DNA from: Eledone cirrhosa
Lineage: Eukaryota
Direction: 5' to 3'
DNA length: 64,000 nucleotides
NCBI GenBank assembly: GCA_964016885.1
Contig: OZ024742.1
Span: forward strand, 180,668,001 to 180,732,000
Position 1 is the first letter of the stretch. Each line of letters starts with the position of its first letter. The position numbers were made by a program, and so were the translations under genes. The notes below the pieces were generated by a model. It did no database searches and had not been told where the DNA came from. It was given only the letters and a program-made list of their open reading frames with translations. Below, piece after piece: positions 52,493 to 64,000 of the stretch.

Positions 52493-54350
52493 TCATCGTC
52501 AACATTTTGATGTCTGTTTTTCGATGCTTGCATGGGTTGGACAGATCTTTTTCAGCACGGCAGCTCTCCCCTCACTACGTTCTTTCGTCATCTCCACTGT
52601 AAGTCTCAGTGATTTAAGATCAGCTCTCACCACCTCTTCCCAGGTTTTCCTTGGTCTGCCTCTACTGCAGCTTCCTTCCATTGGGATATCCTAGCTCTTC
52701 TTCATCCAATGATCAACATCCATGCACATCACATGTCCATACCAGGACAAATTCTCTCTTGCACACCACTTCAGATTCCTCTTCAACTCACTTCATTCAT
52801 CAGTTCATCCAAGCTCTGCATTTCTTTCACATTTCCATTGCACATCTAACAAAGTATGGTTGTTCATTTCTTGCCAGCCTACTCATATCTTCTACAGTGA
52901 CTACCCATGTTTTGCTACCATGCAGCATTGTACTTGAACATGGGTATCATACAGCCATCTTTGTTAACATAGGGAGAAACTTTTTGTTGTCAACAGTGGG
53001 AGAAACTCTTCTATCCTATCCTTATTCCAGCTTTTATGTTCTCAGAAGCTATTAACCACTTCTATGGATCCTTCATGTGATTGAAAAAGATTTATATTAC
53101 AGACGCTCTTCCAGTTGATTACCCCTGTGCATCTTCTACATGCAAAGTTTTCCCTTCCTGTCAGTCTACCTGTTATCACACTACATTGCTCCTTTTCTAA
53201 AGCAGGGCCACTTTCCTGGAGGACTCAGGGTCCTACCTGCTTTCCTACTTACTACCACTTTAGTTTTGGCTAAGTTTACCCTAAGACCTTTTGAATCTAG
53301 ATTCTGTTTCCATAGTGAGAACTTATTCTCTAGTTTTTTTTATGGTTTCAGCTCTAAGGATCAGATCTTCTGCATAGAGAATTTCCTATGGACAACCAGT
53401 TATGAACTCCTCTGTTATGGCCTGGAGAAATATAATGAACAGCAGTCAGCTAAGAACCTAACCCTGATGAACAACTATCTGCACTTTGAATTCCACACTA
53501 AACACTTCCAACTCTCACTTTACTTACAGCTCCTCTGTACATGGCTTACACTGTTCCCTAAAAGCCATTCTTCTACACTTAATTTCCTTAAGGACAACAA
53601 GAATGGGGTTTCTGTCAAAAGCCTTTCTAGATCAACAAAGATAAATATAGCAGCTTATTCTTGGATAGGAACATCTCTTGTTGTTGTCTCACTAAGAAGA
53701 GACACCTGTAGTACTTTTCCCAGGCATAAAACCAAACTGCTTCTCATCTAATTTGACTCTGTCCTTCATTAGCTGTACAATAACTCATTCCGTCACTTTC
53801 ATATCTTGGACCATTAGTTTTATACCTCTGTAGTTGCTCATTTCTAAAGCATCACCTTTGCCCTTGTAGCAACTTATGATTGTACTTCTGCACCAGTCAT
53901 TGTGTATGACTCTGACAGTCCCACAGCTTTACCATTCTTCATCTTTTTGATTTCTTCTTTGACCCTATAACTGTCAATTTCAATAGCTGACCAATCTGTT
54001 GGGTGTTGTCTCTCTAACTTCTGTTCATTCTTTACATTCATCAGCCTCTCATAGTATCATTGCCAGACCTCTTTCTGTTGAGCACCAGTAGTGCTAAATA
54101 CACCAGTGTCGTTTCTGATATACTTTTCCTCAACAACATCATGAGTCACGCTGACAGACTTATCTAGAAACGTGGAACAGTTAACATCGTTGTTCCTCAC
54201 ATAGCAAGATGTTCGCAAACTTTCTTTCTTCAGCCTCTTTTCCAGCTATGTATAACTGTTGTCTATCTTCTTTCTCAGCTATCTAGTACTGGTCTCTGCT
54301 ACTCACATTTTTCCAGTCATTCCACATCAGTCTTTCGTCTTTAATGGCTC
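52493..54350 (-). mobile_element. Decayed RTE LINE (older subfamily)
   Basis: Minus-strand RT and C-terminal remnants, e.g. MEGSCSRGRPRKTWEEVVRADL and VDLERLLT; (GAT)n tail at the left end. Confidence 0.85.
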
Positions 54351-54603
54351 TATCCACTGTGCTTTGACAGAGTACCTCGCTGGGTGAAGCAGTGCCAGGA
54401 TATGCCAGTGGAAAGAAGCCACAGTAGAGGCAGACCAAGAAAGGCCTGACCGGAGGTGCTGAGAGCTGACATCAAATTACTGAGACTCCCAGAGGAGATG
54501 ATGAAGGAATGTGGTGAGGGTGGGAGGATGCTGTGATGATACCAGTCAAACCCATGCAAATGTGGAAAAGTGGACATAAAAACGATGATGATGGTAATGA
54601 TGA
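54351..54603 (+). mobile_element. RTE 3' end fragment in the opposite orientation
   Basis: FDRVP...WVKQC...RGRPRKA*PEVLRADI, followed by CCCATGCAAATGTGGAAAAGTGGAC and (GAT)n. Confidence 0.7.
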
Positions 54604-56043
54604 TATATGTGTGTGCATGTGTGTGCATGCCTGTAGTCCATATTTTAGGAGTGTATCAGTGGCATACACTGTTGTGTTTTCTTATTGTCTACTGAAACAG
54701 AGTATGACAATGAACATATAACAGAGAAATCAGCATCAATTTCTCCTGTTTGAGAGGGCCTGTGAAGGCCATAGGCACTGTCTCTTCTTTCAAACCTACC
54801 TAAAATATTTAAAAAAATTAACACAATTTTATGAAATATTTGTCATGTGTTTAACTTTTTTGACACACACCACCTGAAACCACTTCTGATACTACAAAAC
54901 AGTTTTGCATTGTAGTCCAACATGATTTTATGTAAGAACCTTTCTTAAGTTCTGCTCCACGCAACAACTTTATTAAGAGAAATTTAGTTATATTATTAAA
55001 TTCCTCCAAATATTTAATTAGTTTCAGAACCATTTGAAAAACTATAGGTAGTGCCTTTCATTAGAAATATGGTAATTAAAGGGGTAAATAGTAGCATTTT
55101 ATGTTTACAAAGTTTGGAGAAGATATGAAATAGAATGAACATCAAAATAATTACGTTGGCAGTGTAGTCTGAATATATGCTCCTGCTTACATTGATTGAA
55201 CAAACATTGATTTTATTCCAAAAATTTCACAGAAAATCAATAGAATATAAAAAAATAAATGATCAATAATTTCCAGAAACTCAATCAGTGTGATTTTATA
55301 TTTGATTTCTTCAGATGACATTGATATCTATAACATGTTATTTGATCTAAAGTTGGCAAAAGAAAATTGAAATACAGTAGAAGAGTTGAATTTTAAGTAA
55401 AGTCAATATAGCAGCCAATTCTCCTTGAAATATCTCTTCCATGCAGTCACTAAACTGGAAACTACATGCAAGAACACATTAACCCTTTTGTTAAAATATT
55501 TCCCATGAATGACACTTCCCATGATTTTTAATTAATTTTTGAAATGTTCAAAAATTTTAAGTGATTTAGTAATATAACTAACTTTCTAGTTATTAAACTT
55601 TTATAGCTTATACAACATTTACTATATGTATGTTTCTATAACATGGTAAACTAACTGTCTTTAATATACAGTTAATGTGGTGTGGTAAATATATATATAT
55701 ATCATCATCATCATCATCATCATCGTTTAACGTCCATCTTCCACGCTTGCATGGGTTTGGACACATATATATATATATATATATATAAATGTATGTATAG
55801 TATATTTGATAATATTCTGTATGTTTATTTAAACAATTTTGAAGACCATTCGCTATGAGTTTTAAAGTAGTGACTATGTCACTTACTTGGTCTCAACAAA
55901 ACAAAGGGAAGCAACTGACGGCTGTTTCTCACTCCTTTGTGGTTATCAAGATTACATAACCCTTCACTTCTGCCGAGATGTATAGAAGCTGGATTCTTAT
56001 AGAACATTGCTATTTCAGAGCACTGATACTAATATATATATAT

Positions 56044-57104
56044 CTAAGGCGGGTAAAATTCCTGAGATCCATGGACGAGTTCTCTCCAGCGGTCTCTGTC
56101 CCTCATTATCGCTCCCATGTCCTGCGTCTCCAACAGACCAGTGTCTGTCCTTAGGGCATCAACATACATTAACCTTGGTCTTCCACTTCCAGTGTGTCCA
56201 TGCAGGGGCTCCCACAGGAGCACTGAGTGCAATGTCAACTCTGGATGTCGGTGAGCATGTCCAGCTAACCTCAGTCTCCTCTGTGTAACTCTTGAGCTGA
56301 CTTTTGGAAGGTTCCAATACAGCTCTGAGTTTTTCATCTCAGTGTATACTGATTAATGTTCAGAGCCATCCTCAGCATTCTCATGTAGCACCCATCCACC
56401 ATCTGAGTGAGTTTCTTGGTCAGTGTCCAAGTCTCAGACCCCTACAGCAACACAGACTCCACTACAGCAATAAAGAAGCGGATCTTCAGGTCTACATGAA
56501 GGTCCGACTTCCACACCGATCTCAAGCTGTGGCATGCCGCCCAGGCTTTGCTCTTCCTCTCAACCACATCATATTCCGTATTCCCAATCTTTGCTCCCAA
56601 CTAATTCCAGCAGCTTCCCACCTACATTAGTAATCCCCTCTGGCTTCTCAACATTCTTTACCAGACATTTTGTCTTAGTCTCATTCATTCTCAGCCCCAC
56701 AGTCACCGAGACAACCTCCTGCATCAAATCCTTTGCCTCCTTCACTGTATTTGTCACCAAAACTATGTCGTCGGTAAATTCAGCATCCAATATCTTTTTC
56801 ACCTTAACTCTCCTGCTCTGAGCCGGTGTTACAGTAAAGCCAGAGTCCTGGTGTTTCTCCAGTGCAAGGCGCATACAATAGTCCACTACGATGATAAAAA
56901 GGTAGGGAGCCAATGTATCTCCCTGTGGTCATGGTTTTCATTGACTTTAGGAAGGCCTTTGATTCTGTGGAGCATCACTGCCTGATGAAGATCTTACATG
57001 CTTATGGAATCCCCAAGAAGATAGTGGGCCTGATATCACTGCTCTACACCAACACCAAAGCCCAAGTCATTACACCTGATGGGATGACAGAGCTCTTTGT
57101 GATA
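56044..57104 (-). mobile_element. 5'-truncated, 5'-inverted LINE (RTE-like)
   Basis: Minus part QGDTLAPYLFIIVVDY...EFTDDIVL...RRLRLAGHAHRH...GRP; plus part 56919-57104 VFIDFRKAFDSV...YGIP...PDGMTELF. Confidence 0.85.
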
Positions 57105-58692
57105 TATATAAGGTCCAAACAGAATGGAACCAAACTCTCACTGTCACTGCCTCTGTCTTTTCCGCTCTCCCCATCTCTCACTTGTATTTGAAGCACAACT
57201 TAACAGAGGATCTTATATATAATTATGACGGAAGCTTTTTAGATGAACATAGAGACAATCAATTTCTTACTACATTTCTAATGAGAGACACTGTTTATAA
57301 TTACCAAATGTTTTTTTAAATAAGGAAAAATGTTGAGGGATTTAGTAATATAAGTAACTTTAGTAATTCATAAACATTTATATTCATTTTAAATTTATCT
57401 TTTTTCAAGGTGGTAACAATTTTTGATGAAGTTTGTGAGCTGGTCTCTGATATAGTTCCAGTGGTGCAACTCTCTGCTACAGTCAAATTGAGTCAGGGAT
57501 CAAATTGCAAAGAGTTCAATGAAAATCTTAACACCATGAAATAAATCAAAATTGATAACTATCTTTTTTTTTTTATAATGGCTAAAATGACTCTTCCCTA
57601 ATCTAATCTTTCTCTGATTTTCAGTTAGAAATGAGAGAAAGAAGTGTGTGAAACACATAACCCAGTTATGGGATACAGCAGTATTTATAGAAGGGTGTTA
57701 GTAGAGAGCCCGATCAGAAAATGGTACAATGAAGTGGTTTACCAAGAAACATCCTATTGCAGAAATGAGAGATGATGGATGGGCAACTTTTCTAGGAAAT
57801 TCTCACTGTAGATATGGTTGAAAACTTTACTGATTTTGAGTAAGAGAAAGCATCGTTTTTTTTTTATTTTCTAAATACAAGAAGAACAAGTAACCATAAA
57901 TGTATAATATAGGACATCAAATTTCTGGTAGATAAACTAGTTCTAAAGAAACCATGTTGGTCATAGAAGGGGCCAATCATCAGACCAGATCAAAGAAATG
58001 TTGATCACAAATCCTGAGAGAATTGAAAATGAGTCGATTGTCCAAAAGGACCAAAGAAACTATGTCCTCATTTGTCTTACCATTATTGATACTATCTGAC
58101 AGTTAGACCTCTTGGCAGAAGCATAACCACTTTTCTGGTATCAGCAGGATAGATTTGAACTCAACACACAGAGCTAGAACAGATATCACAAAGCATCCAG
58201 TCCAACTCTTTAACAATTCCACCTATCACCCACTCCTCAACTAATATTTTGTTTATTGAATCTGAAAGTATGAAAAGCAAAGTTGACTTTGGTGGGGTTT
58301 GAACTTAGAACATAGAATGCCAGAACAAATACTAAGGCCTTTAATCTGACACTTAAATGACTTTGCCATTTCAACATAGGAACTCATAGGAGCTCAGCTA
58401 AACCTGAGTAGGGAGCTGCAAATTTTACTTTTTTTTTTTTTTTCAAGAATATATTGTAATGGCATATAAGTAAGTTAGTTGCTTATATAAAGATAAATAA
58501 ATATCTCTGAAAACAATAAGTAGATCTTATAGAATAGAAGAAAGGGCATGAATAAGTTCAAGCATAGCTGTGTGGTTAAGGAACTTGCTTTGCAAATACA
58601 TGGCTTTGCATGGCACTTTTGGCAAGTGTCTTCTATTGTAGTGTTAGGTTGAACAATGTCATGTGTGTGAAACTTGATATATAGAAACTGCA

Positions 58693-58726
<34 letters not shown>

Positions 58727-58730
<4 letters not shown>

Positions 58731-60978
58731 TCATCATCGTTTAACGTCTATCTCCCACGCTAGCATGGGTTAGCTGGGTGTTGTCCCAATTTGAGGCAAG
58801 GTTGGTCACGTGACCGTGTCTCAATCGTATAGGACTGTCTGGCAGGTTTTCTATGGTTGGATGGCCTTCCTAACACCAACCACATTTACAGTGTGGACTG
58901 GGAACTTTTTACCATGTTACCTACACGGCCACATTACAGCATGGACTGTGTGTTTTTTTTTGTTGTGACACCTACATGATCTCGATCTCAATCTCATTAT
59001 CTCATTAATTTGGACTGGATGTTGTGATTCCAACTTTTCAGAGAGAGGGTGGTGTTGGTGGGAGTGGGAGAATGGAGTAGGGGTAGTGGATTGGGGTGTA
59101 TATTTGGTTAAGAGGTGCCTACTGACTGTAGGTTTCGTTTTGAACATAGGCAAGGCGGGTCTTCTGTATTACAGCGTGGTGCCAAAGATCTCGGTCCAGT
59201 GACATTGTCTTAAAGAGGTGCAAGTGTGTAAGGTCAGAATTTTTCAAATCGCCCCAGGTTTTTCTGGGTCTACCTATTTCGTAATTTCCATCAGTTTTGA
59301 TCGCCCTGCACTTTTTTATACAGCTGTTGTCTTTCATGCGCATCACGTGGCCATACCAATGTAGTCTTCACTCAAGTAAACAGCATCTGCTCCCTCTTAT
59401 TCCTAATTTCTCACTTAGTTAATTTTTGTTTTGCTGTTCATGTATATTACTATTACACATCCAACGGAGCATACATGCTTCATTCCTTTCCAATCTGCAA
59501 AGGTCCTCTGCACGTAATGCCCATGTCTCACTGCCATGTAGCATTGCTGTTCGTATACAAGCATCATACAATCTGCCTTTCATTTTTAGAGAGAAATCTT
59601 TTGTGGCCAACACCGGTATAAGCTCTCTGAACTTTTTCCATCCCGTTCTGACTCTGGCTACTGCACTTTCAGAACACCCTCCACCACTGCTGATTTCGTC
59701 ACCCAGGTAACGGAAAGTGTCCACTATTTCTATAGAACCATCTGGGCAATAGAAGGAGCTAGCATCCTGTGGGCACTTGCTACTAATTGCACCTGAGCAT
59801 CCGCCACATATAAAATCTACATTCTTAGATAGTTTACCTGTGATCCCACTACATCTTTTATGTACCCATAGTTTGCATTTGGGACATAAAATGGAATTTC
59901 TACCTACTCCTTTCCTACACACTGAGCATGGCCCTTTCCCAGAGGGCACCTGTGCCCTATTTCCCTTCTACAAACTAGAACTTTAGTCTTAGACAAGTTA
60001 ACTTTAAGGCCTTTTGATTCTAGGCCATGCTTCCATGTTTGGAATTTCTTCTCTAGTTCAGCCATAGATTCAGCTATGAGAGTTAGATCAGCTGCGTATA
60101 GGAGTTTCCATGGGCAGCCAGTCTTAAACTCCTCTGTTATAGCCTGAAGGGAAATAATAAATAGGAGGAGGCTAAGGACTGAGCCTTGATGAACGCCAAC
60201 TTTTACATTAAATTCTTCACTATATTCATTGCTAATTCTAACCTTACTGACTCTTTCTTTATACACGGCTTGTGTAGCTCTCACAAGCCATTCATCTACA
60301 CCTAGTTTTCTAAGAGCCCACCAGATAATGGAGCGGCGGACTCTGTCAAAGGCTTTACTCCAGGTCTACAAAAGCTAAGTCGAGGGGTTTACTTTTAGCT
60401 AGGTACTTCTCCTGTAGTTGTCGTACAAGGAAAATAGCATCTGTGATACTTTTACCTGACACAAACCAAAACAGCATTTCATCTAGATCAATTTGCTCTC
60501 TGATTAGTTGCGCTATAACTCCTTCTGTGACCTTCAAGACCTGGTCAACTAACTTAATGCCTCTATAGTTTCCCCTATCTAGAACATCCCCTTTACCGTT
60601 GTAGCAGTTAATGATGCTACTGCTATGCCAGTCTTTTGGTATGACCCCATTCTGTATTGGTTTACTATCTGGGTGACCATAGTATGTCCCACCATTCCAG
60701 ATGCTTTCAACATCTCAGCAATTATTCTCCTCATTTAATAGTCTCTCGTAGTGACACTTCCAAGCTATCTTCTTATCAGTATCAGTGAGGGCAAGTACAC
60801 CATTATCATTACGGATACAGTTCTCCCCGACAATATCACGGTTTTCCTTGATACATTGTCTAGCAATCCTGAACACCTCACATTTTTGGTCCTCACGTTG
60901 TAGAACATGCTTGATCTTTCTATCCTCTGCTTCCCTTTTAGCAGAGTACACTTGTCTCCTAGCTTCTCTACTGGTCCC
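58727..60978 (-). mobile_element. 5'-truncated RTE LINE
   Basis: Minus-strand ORF fragments AFVDLE, GVHQGSVLS, LLYAAD, CSVCRKGVGRNSILC and GRPRKTW, plus 3' UTR and (GAT)n tail. Confidence 0.92.
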
Positions 60979-60996
60979 GTGTGTGTGTGTGTGTGT

Positions 60997-61790
60997 AAAT
61001 CCCAAGTGAAATTGGGGGTAACCACAGTTAAGACGGTACTCAATACATTAGTAGACTGTAAATATCGTTATTTAATAGAGAATGGCGGTGGATTGGCAGT
61101 ATCGGTAGAGAGTCGGGTGCCATGCTTTCCAGCTTAGTTATATCCCTTTACGGTCTGAGTTCAAATCCTGCCGAGATTGACTTTGCCTTTCATCCTTATG
61201 GGTCGATAAAATAAAGTACCAGTGATGTACTGGGCAATTGCTGACCTTGTGCCAAAAGTAGGAACAATTATTTAATAGAGAAATGGCTTCTGCAGGACTA
61301 GAACTTTTTCATTTGTATGAAATCATCAGGAATGCCAAGTGACATAGAGAGTTTCATAGTGCTTGGGGATGATGGTGGTGTTGGGTGGGGCTATTTTAAG
61401 TAGCAGATATCTAGTAGTGGACTAAAAGGGGTTGTGAGAGGAGAGGAAGAGCGAGGTAGGAGGTCGGGTACAAAGAATGGGAAGAAAGGTAGTAAACCTT
61501 TTCTGAGTGATCATATCATTCTAGACCTGCCTGAAGGACAGACTTCAAAAAATGAAAGCTATCTCTAACCTCAATGTCTCCTCCAACACAACCAAAAACC
61601 TATACAAGGTGGACATCTTGACATATCAGAGGCTGACCAAAATAATCCTACCTTTTGAAATTTCTTTTCCACCTACTCAAAGAACTTTCTTTTTCCCCAT
61701 TCTTTCTACCCCCTTCCTACCTCACCCCTCGCCTCCTCTCCCATACCCTCTAATACTCTACTAGATATCTGCCCCTTTAAATAGTCCTAG
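60997..61790. mobile_element. Old Penelope-like fragment with inverted termini, interrupted by a SINE
   Basis: Diverged inverted arms ~61388-61510 and ~61670-61787. A decayed CTGATGA-hairpin lies on the minus strand at ~61295-61333, and the element abuts (GT)n. Confidence 0.45.
61084..61271 (+). mobile_element. Young SINE family B copy with TSD
   Basis: TSD TTATTTAATAGAGAA on both sides. Confidence 0.9.
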
Positions 61791-62025
61791 TGGGTATGAA
61801 TGGATGATATCATCATTTGAATGGCACAGCATCAGCACATTCTACATCTTACCTCATGTACTGCTTAACTATTGATGGGATAGGTAATTCAATCAGATCA
61901 CCATCCTTGTTCACTGTTCACTTTCTTGACATTTGTACATTATTCTATGTACTATACATGCACATTTGATGAAATGTAGTGCACCTGAGCACTGTACACA
62001 ATAATTTCATTATTATTATTATTAT

Positions 62026-63729
62026 TGGTCACCTTTCGGAACCTTTCAACATCATGCGCTTGGTCCGCCAAGGATGTCCTCTCTCGTCCCTGTTGTACGC
62101 ATTGACTCTCGAGCCATTACTGCACAAACTGCAGACGTTGAGGGGGTCCCGCATGAACTAAGATGCAGAAGAACCATGTCAGCATATGCAGATACCATCA
62201 CCGTAGTGGTGTAGAACGCCAAACACATCGAGGCGATTGGCACCACACTAAGAGAATACGTGGTGGTGACAGGAGCAATGATCATCCAGGAAAAATCAGT
62301 AGGCCTGCAACTCAGCATCTGAAGAGGCAGGTCCATGCCATCCAACAACGTCGTCGGGTGGTGGATGGATGGACCGGTTAAATTGCTAATGGTCTGGTTC
62401 GGTCCAGACCTCCAGATGGACCAAAACTGGGAGGTGGTGACGAGCAAGGTGGCTTCTCTCACCCAGAAATGGTCCAAGAGGAAGCTATCCCTGAAAGGTC
62501 AAGTGAAGGTGGTGAACACGTACATAACGTCCATCATCTACTACATGCCTTGTCCTAAGCCTCACCTGACTGCACTGGAGCGTTTGCTCTTTTGCTTTTT
62601 GTGGAAGGGACGTGCTCCGATGGTCAGGCAGTCCATCTGCTGTCAACACCCGCTACGCAGAGGGCTCGACAATGATCAGGTGTGGTCACCCTTTGCTAGA
62701 CACATGTTTCCCCAGCTCATCATATTGACGGAGCTGCAGTCTTGGGTTAAGTGAAGACCGAGAGGAAGAGCTTGGAGACTAGAGTGTCTTCAGGCACTTA
62801 CAGCCCTCGACCAGTCGGGCAATACGATCGCTGGAAACTCCACCTTGGCTTTCTATAGAGGGTTAGTGGAAGGAAAGAGCAATGATGTCCTTGGGGAGAC
62901 TCTAGGCGTCGATGAAAACCAACTAGCCAATCTCTTCGGGAGAACTTTCGGGCCGGGGCCCATGGACAACTTCCAGAAATCCCTGGCCTGGCAGTTCTAC
63001 CGAGGAGTCTTGCCAGTTCGGAATAAACTCTACAGGCATGGAAGTGCCGTCAGCCGAGCCTGTCCGAGATGCTTGCAGGGTGATGAAACCGTCCTGCATG
63101 CACTTGTCCAGTGTCCGAGCATGGCTGACTTGTGGGTTTATGCTGAATACCTGCTGTTACGTGTAGAACGGATCCAGCTATCAGCTAAATCCATCATGAG
63201 AATTGCCCCGCCGCCTTCCTTTAGCCGAGAAGGGCAGGCAGTTTTTATCTGCCTGGTGGCCATGGTAAAAGAGATCGTATGGGGGGGACACGTCTGAAAG
63301 GCTTGACGACGGGTACTTTCCTCTTCAGTGACACCCTCATTAACTTTTTCAGGTTTCACCTGGAAAGGAAAAACAGGATGGAGAGGGAAGTGCTGACTTC
63401 CAGACAGTTTGTTGAAAGATGGGTGAGAGAGGCAAGAATGATCTGTGTGAATGGGTCTACCCTGAGTGTGTGCCTGTAGCATTGTAGGAGGAAAACTGGA
63501 AGAGGGCATTTGCCCTAGCGGTCAGGGTAACAGTGGCTTTTCTCATGGGATTTCTCCACGAGCGACTCTCAGAGGTCTCCCACCTATTGGGGAATCTTTT
63601 CATTGTTTCCACATACTCTGTTTTTGTTTTTTTTACATGCAGAAATGCCCATTTGTATTGTCCTGTGTTGTCCTTAATGTTATACTTTGTGTCAACCCTT
63701 GTGGTTAATAAAGAAAGCATTATTATTAT
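62026..63729 (+). mobile_element. 5'-truncated L1/Tx1-like LINE (RT + zf-RVT)
   Basis: VRQGCPLSSLLYALTLEPLL, SAYADTIT, zinc knuckle CPRCLQGDETVLHALVQC, and AATAAAGAAAGC(ATT)n tail. Inserted in an (ATT)n tract; contains stops and frameshifts. Confidence 0.88.
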
Positions 63730-63947
63730 GGTTGGTGAATTGGCAGTATCAGTAGACGGTTGGACGCCATGCTTTCTGGCATAGTTACGTCCCTTTACAG
63801 TCTGAGCTCAAATCCCATTGAGGTTAACTTTGTCTTTCATCCTTACGGGGTCGATAAAATAAAGTACCAGTAATGTACTGGGTAATTGCTGGCCTTGTGC
63901 CAAAAGTAGAAACAATTATTATTATCATTATTATTATTATTATTATT
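63730..63947 (+). mobile_element. SINE family B inserted at the (ATT)n tail of the Tx1-like LINE
   Basis: Full consensus with a long (ATT)n tail. Confidence 0.88.
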
Positions 63948-64000
63948 GGCGACCTACCTAGTGATTGTATCATCGTGAGCTCTGCAAAGGTTTGTTATTT

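Overview
This is AT-rich, repeat-saturated eukaryotic genomic DNA. The SINE and LINE complement resembles that of octopod cephalopods (inferred from recalled repeat families, not verified). No intact protein-coding gene can be supported. The window is dominated by a ~9.8 kb 66/67-bp minisatellite (about 18.1-27.9 kb) with higher-order structure; this array produces all the long low-complexity ORFs. The rest is a mosaic of decayed non-LTR retrotransposons (RTE, L1/Tx1-like, R4/Dong-like), two tRNA-derived SINE families, a maT/Tc1-mariner deletion derivative, hAT and palindromic MITEs, and non-autonomous Helitrons including a precise head-to-tail trimer. The most notable hidden signal is a set of short elements inserted in (TA)n tracts that carry minimal type I hammerhead ribozymes (CUGANGA...GAAA...UH), 7 recognisable copies from about 5 sequence families. 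Two of them are near-perfect 350-550 bp palindromes with a ribozyme on each strand. They occur together with GIY-YIG endonuclease remnants and are interpreted as Penelope-like retroelement (PLE) termini. A few low-confidence exon-like and promoter-like islands are also flagged.
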